The position numbers and the translations under genes are program-made. The notes under the pieces are model-generated. The model did no database searches. It was not told the DNA's origin and was given only the letters and a program-made list of their open reading frames with translations. Shown here one piece after another: positions 22,234-32,184 of a stretch of 64,000 nt of DNA (its first letter is position 1; every line of letters starts with the position of its first letter). Source of the DNA: an uncultured Planctomycetales bacterium (lineage in GTDB: Bacteria; Planctomycetota; UBA1135; CAZZHK01); assembly GCA_964653725.1 (NCBI GenBank), contig CAZZHK010000004.1, positions 95,832-159,831 on the forward strand, given 5' to 3'.

Positions 22234-23985
22234 ATGCTCCCGCAACGCGCGGCCCTCTGTCTTTGCGCCCTGCTCATGGCGCCCGCCGCCTGGAGTCAGG
22301 CCCCTCCCGGTGAATGGTGGCAGGGCGACCCGTTCGCTTTCGCCGCGTACGGCGCCGCAGTGACGGCGATTGACAACCTGGACCGCGACGGGCTGGACGA
22401 CATGGTGGTCGGGGCCCCGTTCGCGAACACGTCCGCCGGCCCCGACTCGGGCCGTATCCACGCCGTTTCCGCAGCAGACGGTCGGCTCCTGTGGACCCTG
22501 GGAGCCGAGGCCGAGGGAGAGCGGTTCGGCTCTGCCCTGGCACGCATCGGTGACGTGGACCGCGACGGCGTCTGTGATCTGGCGGTCGGCGCCTGGCGCC
22601 ACGGCCCTGACTGGTCGGGACGCGTCTATCTGGTCAGCGGACATGGCCGGGCCCTCTGGGCCGTGGACGGCGTCGGCGTGAACGAGGAGTTCGGCCGTGT
22701 CCTGTGCGGTCCCGGTGACCTGAACGGCGACGGGATCCCTGATGTGGCGGTCGGTGCGTGGCTGCACGACGGCGAGGCCGGCGAGAACGCCGGCCGTGTG
22801 GTGCTCTTGTCAGGCCACGGATTCGAGATCTCCCACCTGGACGGTCAGGCCCAGGGCGACTGGTTCGGGGCGTCGCTGGCTGCACCGGGCGACCTGGACG
22901 GCGACGGACTCGCGGATCTGCTGGTCGGCACGCCCCAGGCAGACGGTCCAGAGGGTCTCTGGAACGCCGGACGAGCCCAGGCCTTCTCGGGACTCGGCCA
23001 TGAGATCTTGCGCATGGACGGCCCGCTTCGGCGCGGTCGGCTGGGCACATCCGTCGCGGCGCTCGGCGACCTGGACAATGACGGCCGCTCCGAGACCGCT
23101 ATCGGCGCACCGGGTGCCGCCTACGGCGCCGGTCTTGTCGTCGTCGTAGACGCCCACGGCATGCCGCTGTGGACGCTTGCCGGAGGTGCGGAGGACGAGG
23201 CGCTCGGCAGCGCCCTGGCGGGCGGCGGGGACCTGGACGGCGACGGGCTGCCCGACCTGCTCGCCGGCGGACGCGAACTCGTCCGCGCCTTGACGGGGAC
23301 GGGCAATCCCCTCTGGACGGCGTCAGGTCCCGGCAGCGGCACCGGCTTCGGCAAGGCGCTGGCGATCCTGGACGACGTCAACGGCGACAACACCGCCGAG
23401 GCGGCACTCGGGGCGCCCTTCAGTGATGACCCCGCCTCGCTGCGGCCCCGCTCAGGCGTGCTGGAACTGCGCGCGGGCCAGGGTCCGCGCCTGTGGACTG
23501 CCGACGGTTCCTCCTGGGTGGCCGCCACGGCAGGCTGGGAGCCGCCGCCCACCGCCACAGCGGAGCCCGCCGACGACGGCGTGCGCCGCTACGGCCACGG
23601 CTGCTGGAACCTGGCCGCCACATGGCGCAACTCGCCCAACGTTTCCACCGACCACTTCGAGATCGGACTGCGAGGTGCGCCGCCCTTCGCCCCCGCCTTC
23701 CTTCTGGTCGGCGCCAGCGACTCCTTCTGGGGCGAGCACCCCCTGCCCCTGGATCTGGGCGCGATGGGCCGCATGCCGAGGGGCTGCGTCCTGTTCGCCG
23801 ACCCCGCCCTGCTGATCCCGATCACCACCGACGAGGACGGCCGCGCCGCCGCCCACATCCGCGTCTCGTCCGAGCCCTGGCTGGTCGGCGTCACGCACTA
23901 CGCCCAGTGGGCGGTGCGCATGCCCTGGCCCCACGCGTGGGGCTGGGCGCTCTCCGACGCCCTCCAAGTCACCGTCCGTCCGTAG
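22234..23985 (+). CDS. Secreted FG-GAP (integrin-alpha) repeat beta-propeller protein with a C-terminal beta domain
   Basis: Signal peptide ..APAAWS-Q; seven GD(L/V)(D/N)GDG..DL.VGA repeats; distinct ~130-aa C-terminal domain. Confidence 0.88.
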   Translation: MLPQRAALCLCALLMAPAAWSQAPPGEWWQGDPFAFAAYGAAVTAIDNLDRDGLDDMVVGAPFANTSAGPDSGRIHAVSAADGRLLWTLGAEAEGERFGSALARIGDVDRDGVCDLAVGAWRHGPDWSGRVYLVSGHGRALWAVDGVGVNEEFGRVLCGPGDLNGDGIPDVAVGAWLHDGEAGENAGRVVLLSGHGFEISHLDGQAQGDWFGASLAAPGDLDGDGLADLLVGTPQADGPEGLWNAGRAQAFSGLGHEILRMDGPLRRGRLGTSVAALGDLDNDGRSETAIGAPGAAYGAGLVVVVDAHGMPLWTLAGGAEDEALGSALAGGGDLDGDGLPDLLAGGRELVRALTGTGNPLWTASGPGSGTGFGKALAILDDVNGDNTAEAALGAPFSDDPASLRPRSGVLELRAGQGPRLWTADGSSWVAATAGWEPPPTATAEPADDGVRRYGHGCWNLAATWRNSPNVSTDHFEIGLRGAPPFAPAFLLVGASDSFWGEHPLPLDLGAMGRMPRGCVLFADPALLIPITTDEDGRAAAHIRVSSEPWLVGVTHYAQWAVRMPWPHAWGWALSDALQVTVRP

Positions 23986-24066
23986 CGCGAAGAGGTCCCT
24001 GCCGCTGCTGGCCGTTTGGCCCTTTCGAGGGCCCGCGAGAGCCTGTCTCGAGGCCCTTTGTTTCGC

Positions 24067-26811
24067 TTAAACGCCAGCAGGTGCAGAGGGCGTCGATTCT
24101 GGGTCGAGCCGGTAGGCGGCGGGGGTGGGCTTCAGGGGCCGCAGGAAGTGGAGGGGTCGGCGCAGGCCGCCGGGGCCGGGCGCGGGCTTCGTGTCGCGCC
24201 TCCACTGCTCATAGACCGCGCGCGACTTGGCGGTGTCGACCGACACGTCGCCCGGCTTGTCGCCGGACTGTGCGGGCGTCACCACCACCTTCTGGTGCCA
24301 GCAGTGCATGCCGCTGATCGGGTCGGGGTGGACCGGGAAGGTGAGGTTCTGGTGGACACCGCCGTCGGTCCAGAAGACCCGCGAGGAGTCGGGGTCATCG
24401 GACTTGTAGGCGCCCGGTCCGCGCCGGACGCGCAGGCTCACCCGGCTGCCCTTGCGCGACAGGTCCACCTCGCTGGACGACCAGCTCTGGGCCTGTGGGC
24501 CGCCCTTCAGCCTCCAGCGCCCCAGGTGATGGCTGCAGGCGACCACACCCGGCCGCAGGCCTTCCGTGACCCAGACCGGCACCACGAAGTGGCCGATGTC
24601 GGTGGCGACGCGCGCGGCGTCCCCCGTCGCCACACCGATCCGCTCGGCGTCTTGCGGGTGCAGCCACAGCGGGTTGGTGTGGCTGATCTCGTAGAGCCAC
24701 TTGGCGTTGCCCGACCGCGTGTGGATCAGGTTCGGCAGCCGGAAGGTCGGCAGCAGCAGGTATTCGCTCTTGCCTGAGTCGATCTTCGAAGGATGCACAT
24801 GGCTCTCGATGTAGCCCGGCAGGGTCTGATCCTCCCACCCCCACTCGGCCATGGTGGACGAGTAGATCTCGAGGCGGCCGCTGGGCGTCTCGAAGCCGCG
24901 CCGTCGCGTGCCGTCCCCCATGTCCACGCCGCCGCCGTCATCGACCTCCTCCTCGTGGCGCATCGTCGTCTCGCCCGGCACCGCGAACGCGCCCACGCGC
25001 CGCATGTATTCCAGCGGCTCCATGCCCTCGGCGGCGGCCGCCTCCGGCAGCCCCGGCACCGAGTTCTCGAACATCCACCGGTAGTGCTCGCTCGCGGTGA
25101 TGCGCTCCCCCTCGCGGTAGGGCGATTCGAAGTGCTGCCGGATGCCGCGCTCGCCGTCCGGGTCCATCCGCCAGGACAGCTCGGTCCAGAACTCGTCCTC
25201 CTCCCACACCTCGCCGGGATTGGTCTCGCTAGTGCGGTCGAACGATTCGCCCGCGCGCTCGCGATGCACCCGCATCACCGGCTGCCGGAAGCCGATCCAG
25301 CGGCCGGCGTGGGTCTCCTGGCTCATCAGGTCGTGGCGCTCGGTCGAGTGCCCCATCGGCAGCACGTAGTCGGCGAAGAACGCGGTCTCGTTCCAGGTCG
25401 GCGTCAGCGCCACGTGGCAGCCCACTTGGTCCTCGTCGGCCAGCATCTCCAGCCAGGAGCCGCCGTCGGGATTGGTCCAGACCGGGTTGTAGACGCGCGT
25501 GAAGTAGGTATCGATGCGGCGGCCCTGCTCGCGCAGCAGGTGCGGCAGCAGGAAGGAGAGTTCGTGGTGGCTGAGCGGCCACTGCTTCGGCCAGATCACC
25601 TCGTTCCAGCGCGAGTGCGGGGGCGGCTCGTTGGCCGCCTTCGGCACGAACTTGTTCCAGCGGTTGGGGGCCACGCCGCCCACCGTCCCCACCGCGCCCA
25701 TCAGGACCTGCAGGAAGTAGAGGCATCGCGCCACCTGCCAGCCGCCCAGGTTGCCCGAGGCCGCCGAGCGCCAGACGTGAGACGAGAAGGCCGTGCCAGC
25801 GTCACAGATCCCGTCCGCCACCTCGCGCAATTGCGCCGCTGGCACGCCTGACTCCGCCTCGGCGGTCTCGGGCGTCCACTCGCGGTACTGCTCGCGCAGC
25901 AGGTCCAGGAAGGCGGGAAAGGTCCGAGGGCCCTCGGGGCGGGCCGACGCCAGCCACTGTTCCCAATTGACCCACCGCTCTAGGAATTCACGGTTCTCGG
26001 CCTCGCGGCTGAGAATCTCGTGGGCGATCGCGAGCAGCATGGCCGCCTCGGTGCCCGGCCACGGCGCCAGCCAGTGGTCCGCCATCGACGCGGTGTTGGA
26101 GAGCCGCGCGTCGACCACGGCAATCTTGGCGCCCGCCGACTTGGCATCCATGATCCGCTGGGCGTGGGGGTTGAAGTAGTGGCCGGTCTCCAAGTGCGCG
26201 CTGATCAGCAGCATGAAGCGCGCGTTCTCGTAGTCGGGGCTCGGCCGGTCGTCGCCCGACCAGAGCGAGTAGCCCAGCCGCGCCGCGCCCGAGCAGACGT
26301 TGGTGTGCGAGTTGTGGCCATCGATCCCCCAGGCCTTCAGCACCCGGTCCATGGTGCCGTCGTGGCCCGGCCGGCCCACGTGGTACATCACTTCGTCGTG
26401 GCGGCCCTCGTCGAAGGCGGTCGTGATGCGGCCGGCCAGGTCATCCAGGACCTCGTCCCAGCCCACCTCCTCGAACTTGCCCGCGCCGCGTTTCCCGACC
26501 CGCTTCAGCGGATGGAGGATGCGGTCGGGGTCCTCCAGTTGGCTGAGCGTGGCCGGGCCCTTGGCGCAGTTGCGGCCGCGCGAGCCCGGGTGGCGGGGAT
26601 TGCCCTCGATCCGCGAGATCTGCCCCGTCTCGTGGTCCACGTAGCAGAGGAGCCCGCAGCCAGCCTCGCAGTTGAAGCAGATCGTCGGATGGAGCGAGTA
26701 GGTCCTCTCGACCTTTTCGGGCCACTTCTTCGCGTCCCACTCGCTCCATTCCCCCCACTCCTCGAAGGGCGGGTAGGCCGACAGTTCGCCGTCGTTGCTG
26801 GCCTGCGTCAC
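24067..26811 (-). CDS. Molybdopterin (bis-MGD) oxidoreductase catalytic subunit, Psr/Ttr/Arr-like; no TAT signal
   Basis: ICFNCEAGCG..NCAKG 4Fe-4S motif, DRILHPLKR, HTNVC, ADYVLP, GFETPSGRLE, C-terminal MGD-binding HP.DA..G domain. Confidence 0.9.
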   Translation of the reverse strand: MTQASNDGELSAYPPFEEWGEWSEWDAKKWPEKVERTYSLHPTICFNCEAGCGLLCYVDHETGQISRIEGNPRHPGSRGRNCAKGPATLSQLEDPDRILHPLKRVGKRGAGKFEEVGWDEVLDDLAGRITTAFDEGRHDEVMYHVGRPGHDGTMDRVLKAWGIDGHNSHTNVCSGAARLGYSLWSGDDRPSPDYENARFMLLISAHLETGHYFNPHAQRIMDAKSAGAKIAVVDARLSNTASMADHWLAPWPGTEAAMLLAIAHEILSREAENREFLERWVNWEQWLASARPEGPRTFPAFLDLLREQYREWTPETAEAESGVPAAQLREVADGICDAGTAFSSHVWRSAASGNLGGWQVARCLYFLQVLMGAVGTVGGVAPNRWNKFVPKAANEPPPHSRWNEVIWPKQWPLSHHELSFLLPHLLREQGRRIDTYFTRVYNPVWTNPDGGSWLEMLADEDQVGCHVALTPTWNETAFFADYVLPMGHSTERHDLMSQETHAGRWIGFRQPVMRVHRERAGESFDRTSETNPGEVWEEDEFWTELSWRMDPDGERGIRQHFESPYREGERITASEHYRWMFENSVPGLPEAAAAEGMEPLEYMRRVGAFAVPGETTMRHEEEVDDGGGVDMGDGTRRRGFETPSGRLEIYSSTMAEWGWEDQTLPGYIESHVHPSKIDSGKSEYLLLPTFRLPNLIHTRSGNAKWLYEISHTNPLWLHPQDAERIGVATGDAARVATDIGHFVVPVWVTEGLRPGVVACSHHLGRWRLKGGPQAQSWSSSEVDLSRKGSRVSLRVRRGPGAYKSDDPDSSRVFWTDGGVHQNLTFPVHPDPISGMHCWHQKVVVTPAQSGDKPGDVSVDTAKSRAVYEQWRRDTKPAPGPGGLRRPLHFLRPLKPTPAAYRLDPESTPSAPAGV

Positions 26812-26922
26812 AGCGGCATCCTAAGCGCTGGGACGGACCGTTTCCCCGCACCAAACAACACCCTCGTTCCATCCTGCACCAAGTCGTTCCGGTTAGGATG
26901 TTGGACTGGCAAGGACAAAGAG

Positions 26923-28626
26923 ATGAAGACCATTTCCCTGGGAACTGTCGCCGGCATCGCCGTCTGGGTCGCCACAACGGCTGGCGCGCAGAGCGTCCTG
27001 CACGTCATGCACGGCGAGACGGACTACGACAACCTGGGCCAGTCGGTCGCCGGTGCGGGCGACGTGAATGGCGATGGCTTCGCCGACTTCATCGTCGGCG
27101 TGCATCTGGATGACAACAACGGCAACAGCTCGGGCAGCGCCCGGGTCATGTCAGGCCGTACCGGCTCCCTGATCTGGATTTTCAACGGAGATTCGGTCGG
27201 CGACCAGTTCGGCTGGTCGGTCGATGGCGCAGGAGATGCAAACGGCGACGGACACGCCGACCTGATCGTCGGGGCCAGGAACGACGATCCGAACGGGAGC
27301 AACTCGGGCATGGCCCGCGTGTTCTCGGGCCAGGACAACTCCATCCTCTACTCCTTCGCCGGCGACAGCGGCGGCGACACGTTTGGCTGGTCGGTGGCCG
27401 GTGCCGGGGACGTCGATGCGGACGGATTCTCCGATCTGATCGTCGGTGCCAACGGGGACGACAACAACGGATCCAAGTCCGGAAGCGCCCGTGTCCTCTC
27501 GGGCCTCACAGGCAGCGTCCTCTATACATTCAGCGGGGATTCAGCGGGAGACGAGTTCGGCTACTCGGTGGACGGACTTGGCGACGTCAACGGGGATGGC
27601 TTCGGGGATGTCGTGGCGGGGGCGCCGGATGACGACAACCTGCTCTCCAATTCGGGCTCCATCCGGGTCCATTCGGGATTCGACGGATCCGTCCTGTACA
27701 TGATCGACGGCGACGTGCCTACGCAGACCAAGGGCGACCAGTTCGGCTTCGCGGTGGCCGGCACGGGTGACGTGAACGGCGACGGGGTGCCCGACCTGGT
27801 CGTGGGTGCTCCCTACGACGACAACAACGGCGACGCTTCGGGCAGCGCATGGGTGCTGTCCGGAGTGAACGGAGCGGCCCTGTTCGTGTTCGACGGCGAT
27901 TCGAGCGGCGACCACTTCGGCCGGGCCGTAGGCGGAGCCGGCGACGTGGACGGGGACGGCCTGGCGGATTTCGTCGTCGGCGCCAAGTACGACAGCATCG
28001 GTGGCCTCAACAACGGGAGCGCGCGCGTGATCTCGGCGCTCGGCTCCGAACTCTTCACGCTGACGGGCCCCACGGACTTCGACAATCTGGGCCACTCGGT
28101 GAGCGGCGCGGGGGACACCAACGGGGACGGCTTCGACGACGTCATCGTGGCAGCCCACCTGGCCGGCGAGACCGGCACCAACACCGGCAGCGCCTGGGTG
28201 CACTCAGGTGCGGGCCACGTGGCGACCAGCGGTTGGGGCTGCAACGGCTTCACGGCCAGCTGGCTGCACACCCCGCAGCTGCCGTCCGGCGACTTCACCT
28301 TCGTTTGCCGGTCCGAAACGGACATCAGCTTCTATGGCTTCACGATCAACATCGCCTTCAAGCCTCCGCTCGGCGGGCCGCTGGACCTGACGATCATCGG
28401 TGCGCCCGGCTGCACGCTCTGGGCCAATTTTCCCGGATCGTGGCTGTTCCCGGGCAACCCGGTCAGCACCACACAGGCGGAGACGATCGTGCCGTTGCCC
28501 GTCGACCCCTGGCTGGACGGGGCGGGTCCGTTCCTCGCCCAGTGGCTCATCATCCACCCCTTCGCGGGCTTCAATTCGTTGAAAGCGTCGCTCTCCGACC
28601 AGGTGTTGTTCACCCTGCATCTGTAG
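26923..28626 (+). CDS. Secreted FG-GAP repeat beta-propeller protein with a C-terminal beta domain
   Basis: Signal peptide ..TTAGA-Q; seven repeats FG.SV.GAGDVNGDG..D.IVGA..DD.NG..SGSARV.SG; C-terminal PLDL..GAPGC.L domain. Confidence 0.9.
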   Translation: MKTISLGTVAGIAVWVATTAGAQSVLHVMHGETDYDNLGQSVAGAGDVNGDGFADFIVGVHLDDNNGNSSGSARVMSGRTGSLIWIFNGDSVGDQFGWSVDGAGDANGDGHADLIVGARNDDPNGSNSGMARVFSGQDNSILYSFAGDSGGDTFGWSVAGAGDVDADGFSDLIVGANGDDNNGSKSGSARVLSGLTGSVLYTFSGDSAGDEFGYSVDGLGDVNGDGFGDVVAGAPDDDNLLSNSGSIRVHSGFDGSVLYMIDGDVPTQTKGDQFGFAVAGTGDVNGDGVPDLVVGAPYDDNNGDASGSAWVLSGVNGAALFVFDGDSSGDHFGRAVGGAGDVDGDGLADFVVGAKYDSIGGLNNGSARVISALGSELFTLTGPTDFDNLGHSVSGAGDTNGDGFDDVIVAAHLAGETGTNTGSAWVHSGAGHVATSGWGCNGFTASWLHTPQLPSGDFTFVCRSETDISFYGFTINIAFKPPLGGPLDLTIIGAPGCTLWANFPGSWLFPGNPVSTTQAETIVPLPVDPWLDGAGPFLAQWLIIHPFAGFNSLKASLSDQVLFTLHL

Positions 28627-28632
28627 CGGGGG

Positions 28633-30207
28633 TCAGCTGAGGGGGGGATCCTGGCCGGCGCAGATCCAGAGGTGTTCGTGGATCAGCAGGCCGGCGAGGG
28701 CGCAGCCGGCACCCCAGAGGGCCGCGGTGTCGAAAGAACCGCTGACCAGGACCAGCAGGATCGCGGCCACGTGACCAAGGCCGACCGAACCGAGCCAGAA
28801 GGGGATGCGGCCGGGCCCGTGGGTGACCCACGAGGCGGCGCGGCGCGCGTCGGGCGTCCCGCGATGCATCTGCCGCTCGCCGAGGCCGATCACCACCGCG
28901 TCCAGGACCAGGGCAAAGACCAGGACCTTGCCCAGGAACGGTGCGAGCTCCTCGGCGGCTGGCACCCAGGGCGAGGCCAGAAGCAGCGCGGCAGCGCCGG
29001 CAAATACCGACTGGACAGCCAGGTGCGGCGCCAGCAACGCGCTCTGCCAGTAGTCGCGCCCGCGCGCCTGATGGAACAGGAAGGCTGTGTAGACCGCGGT
29101 AGCGAGCGCGAATGCACTCAACGGCCAGAGCAGTGCCGCCGCCGCTCGCGACGCCCCCACCGCGCCCAAAGCCAGCACAGCGGTCAGCAGCGCGCCGTAG
29201 CCGGAGATGATCACCGCGCCGCGCACCAGCCAGGACTTCCACTGTGGACGGGTCAGGATGCGCAGGAAGCGCGCCGGCTGCTTCAGGTCACCCACCAGCA
29301 GCGCGCCGGTCAGCCCGAGGAACAGGACGCCGAGGCCGGCCGCCGCCGCCATGAACCCGTCGCCCTCCGTGCTCCCTCCCACCATCCGCACCAGGGCCGC
29401 CACCAGAACGACACCGGCCGAAATCCCCTTGGTCCAGATATAGGCGGAGACCCGCCAGCCCCAGGGCCGTTCGTGTGGCACGTCGTAGGTGACGCGCGCA
29501 TCTGCCAATGCCCGGGCCTCGTCCAGGTGTTTCCCCGAGGCCTTGGTCCACAGGCCCGCCGCGCCGATCGCCTGGCGGCCGCGGCGCTCCGCCGCGCGCT
29601 GACCCTGCTCCTGCGCCGCCATGTAGCCGGTCCCGCGATCGGCGGCGCCGGGATCCAGGTTCTGGGGGGCGGCCTCTTTGTAGAAGACCTTCGGCTGGGT
29701 GCCCTTCTCGGGCTTGCGCACGGTGACCGCCTCGCGCTCGATGAACTTCGAGATCGCGCTCTCAGGCTCGTCCAGGTCGCCCGACAGGATCGCCTGCTCG
29801 GGGCACACCACCTCGCAGGCGGGCTTCAGGCCCCGGTCCACCCTGTGTGAGCAGTAGTGGCACTTGGCGGCGGTCTGGGTGGCCGGATCGATGTAGAGCG
29901 CGTCGTAGGGACACGCCTGCATGCAGGCCTTGCAGCCGATGCACTCCTTGCCGTCGAAGTCGACGATCCCGGTGTCGCGCCGGAACAGCGCCGCCGTCGG
30001 ACAGATGTCCATGCAGGGCGCGTCCTCGCACTGGTTGCAGCGCAGAACTGAAAACGTGCGCTTGGCGTCAGGGAAAGCCCCCGTCTCCACGTACTTGACC
30101 CAGGTCCGGTAGACGCCCAGGGGAACGTCGTTCTCCTCCTTGCACGCCACCGAGCAGGCGTGGCAGCCGATGCAGCGGCTGTGATCGATGGCAAACCCGT
30201 AGCGCAA
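28633..30207 (-). CDS. Fused 4Fe-4S ferredoxin (NrfC/PsrB/DmsB) and NrfD/PsrC membrane anchor
   Basis: (M)RYGFAIDHSRCIGCHACSVAC, CNQCEDAPCMDICP, CIGCKACMQACP, KCHYC..PACEVVCP, then PWGW.V..Y and DL.QP.RF plus about 8 TM. TTG start at 30207 supported by TAGGCT 8 nt upstream. Confidence 0.9.
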   Translation of the reverse strand: MRYGFAIDHSRCIGCHACSVACKEENDVPLGVYRTWVKYVETGAFPDAKRTFSVLRCNQCEDAPCMDICPTAALFRRDTGIVDFDGKECIGCKACMQACPYDALYIDPATQTAAKCHYCSHRVDRGLKPACEVVCPEQAILSGDLDEPESAISKFIEREAVTVRKPEKGTQPKVFYKEAAPQNLDPGAADRGTGYMAAQEQGQRAAERRGRQAIGAAGLWTKASGKHLDEARALADARVTYDVPHERPWGWRVSAYIWTKGISAGVVLVAALVRMVGGSTEGDGFMAAAAGLGVLFLGLTGALLVGDLKQPARFLRILTRPQWKSWLVRGAVIISGYGALLTAVLALGAVGASRAAAALLWPLSAFALATAVYTAFLFHQARGRDYWQSALLAPHLAVQSVFAGAAALLLASPWVPAAEELAPFLGKVLVFALVLDAVVIGLGERQMHRGTPDARRAASWVTHGPGRIPFWLGSVGLGHVAAILLVLVSGSFDTAALWGAGCALAGLLIHEHLWICAGQDPPLS

Positions 30208-30244
30208 GGATGGCGAGCCTAGCGAGCCGCTAGGATCTTCCGCC
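30208..30244. promoter_or_regulatory. Bidirectional leaderless-type promoter (back-to-back -10 boxes)
   Basis: 37-bp gap: TAGGCT (minus strand, 30216-30221) 8 nt before TTG 30207, and TAGGAT (30231-30236) 8 nt before ATG 30245. Confidence 0.6.
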
Positions 30245-30886
30245 ATGCACACGACTCGCCGAATCCTGATGCTCCTGCTGCTGGCTGGGTGCGCCGGCCA
30301 GGAGACGCCCATGGACAGCGATTCCCCCTGGGGGAATCCGAACCCCATGGAACCTAGGGTCCTGTGGAATGGCGGTGATGCGGCAGGTTGGAGGCAGTGC
30401 GGGCCGGGCTCCTTCGAGGTCGTGGACGGGGCACTGGTGGCCCGCGGCGGCATGGGAATGCTCTGGTATGCGGAGGAGTCCTACGCTGACTTCACACTCA
30501 GCCTGGAGTGGAAGGTGACCAGGCCCGAGGACAACTCGGGCATCTTCGTGCGCTTCCCCGACCCCGGCGGCGACCCGTGGGTGGCGGTGAACGGCGGGTA
30601 CGAGATTCAGATCTGCGACACCGCCGACGACAAGCACAACACCGGCTCGATCTATTCATTCCAGGGGCCGAGCAAAGTGCCCACTAGGGCTGTCGGCGAG
30701 TGGAACCACATGGAGATCTTCGTTTCCGGCCAGCACTACCGGATCAGCGTGAACGGGCTAGTCGTTAACGAGTATGTGGGTGACCGGACGCTGGAGGGCT
30801 TCATCGGCATCCAGAACCATGATGACGGCTCGCCGGTCCACTACCGCAACATCCGCGTCCACGAGCACCAGTCGGCCACCAAGTGA
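30245..30886 (+). CDS. DUF1080 / 3-keto-glycoside hydrolase-like lipoprotein
   Basis: Lipobox LLAGC; LWNG....GW, Y.DF.L.LEWK, NSGIF.R, GYEIQI.D, TGSIY, GEWN.MEI, G.IGIQNH, V.YRNIRV. Confidence 0.88.
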   Translation: MHTTRRILMLLLLAGCAGQETPMDSDSPWGNPNPMEPRVLWNGGDAAGWRQCGPGSFEVVDGALVARGGMGMLWYAEESYADFTLSLEWKVTRPEDNSGIFVRFPDPGGDPWVAVNGGYEIQICDTADDKHNTGSIYSFQGPSKVPTRAVGEWNHMEIFVSGQHYRISVNGLVVNEYVGDRTLEGFIGIQNHDDGSPVHYRNIRVHEHQSATK

Positions 30887-32184
30887 CCGGCGACACGCCG
30901 CGCCACGGCGCGCTGGGCCTGCGGCTCGGTGTGATGATGCTGCTCCAGTACATGGTCTGGGGCGCTTGGCTGCCGCTGGCGGCACGCTACCTGTCAGCGT
31001 CCATCGAGAGCGGTGGCCTTGGCTTCACCGGTGGCGAGATCGGAATGATCCTCGGGCTCGCAGGATCGATCGGCGCGATCAGTGCGCCCTTCATCGCCGG
31101 CCAGCTGGCGGACCGCCTGTTCCGGACCGAGCGGGTCCTGGCCTGCCTGCTCGCGATGGGTGCCGTCGTCAAGTGGGTGACGGCGTCGCAGACCTCGGTC
31201 AACTCCTGGCTGTGGCTGTCGATCCTCTACAGCGTCCTCTACATGCCGACCCTGGCGCTGTCCAACTCGCTCGCATTCTCGCACCTGCGCGATCCGGACG
31301 CCGAATTCCCGCGCGTCCGCGTGTGGGGCACGATCGGCTGGATCGCCGCCTCATGGATCTTCCCCATGCTGTGGCTCCAGCAGGACCTAGTGGCTGGATG
31401 GATGCCGCCCTTCCTGACCGGCCCGGAGGTGGAGGGGGTCACCGCACGGCTGGCCGACAGCCTGCGCTTCTCCGGCGTCATTTCCGTCCTCTACGCGGCC
31501 TACTGCATGAGCCTGCCGGCCACCCGCCCGAACAAGGACGATGGCGACTCGCTGGCGTTCAAGGGCGCCTTCGGCCTGCTGCGCCGGCCGTCGTTTGCGG
31601 TCATGGTCTGCGCCAGCCTGCTGGTCAGCTCGATCCACCAGGTCTATTTCCTCCAGGCGGGCCCATTCCTGTCAGCCATCGGCCTGACCGATAGCCAGAT
31701 CGGCCCCGCCATGACGGTCGGCCAGTTCTCCGAGCTGGCGGCGATGGCGCTGCTGGGATGGATGCTCAAGACCCTGGGCTTCCGCCGCGTGCTGACCATT
31801 GGCACCATCTGCTACGCGCTGCGCTACTGCGTCTGGTCGATGGTCGACCTGCCGACGGAGATCCTTGTAGCCAGCCAGTTCCTGCACGGCTTCTGCTACG
31901 CCTGTTTCTTTGCGGCCGCCTACATCTACGTGGACCGGATCGCACCTCCCGATCTGCGCCACAGCGCCCAAACCGTGTTCGGAATCATCATCCTGGGCGG
32001 CGGGCCGGTGATCGGCGGCTGGATGTCGGGTGCCCTGCAGGAGACGGTGATGATCGGCGACGAGATGACCCTGGCCGCCTTCTCGCCCCTGTGGCGCGTG
32101 CTCTCCCTGATCGGCGCCGGTGCCACCCTGCTGATAGCCCTCTGCTTCCGCGACGAGACGCAATCCCCCGCGGCGACCGACTAG
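30883..32184 (+). CDS. MFS transporter, nucleoside:H+ symporter (NupG/XapB/YegT) family
   Basis: LQYMVWGAW, G.LADR.F..ERVL, YMPTLALSNS, FPRVRVWGTIGW, GQFSE, LHGFCY. Confidence 0.88.
   Translation: MTGDTPRHGALGLRLGVMMLLQYMVWGAWLPLAARYLSASIESGGLGFTGGEIGMILGLAGSIGAISAPFIAGQLADRLFRTERVLACLLAMGAVVKWVTASQTSVNSWLWLSILYSVLYMPTLALSNSLAFSHLRDPDAEFPRVRVWGTIGWIAASWIFPMLWLQQDLVAGWMPPFLTGPEVEGVTARLADSLRFSGVISVLYAAYCMSLPATRPNKDDGDSLAFKGAFGLLRRPSFAVMVCASLLVSSIHQVYFLQAGPFLSAIGLTDSQIGPAMTVGQFSELAAMALLGWMLKTLGFRRVLTIGTICYALRYCVWSMVDLPTEILVASQFLHGFCYACFFAAAYIYVDRIAPPDLRHSAQTVFGIIILGGGPVIGGWMSGALQETVMIGDEMTLAAFSPLWRVLSLIGAGATLLIALCFRDETQSPAATD

Noticed and set aside
27020-28210. Tandem DNA repeats resembling a CRISPR or repeat array
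   Set aside because: They are degenerate in-frame FG-GAP protein repeats with synonymous variation; there is no constant repeat/unique spacer pattern and no cas genes.
30244-30247. Divergent genes with overlapping ATG codons
   Set aside because: A TTG at 30207 gives the canonical NrfC N-terminus and a matching -10 box, removing the overlap.
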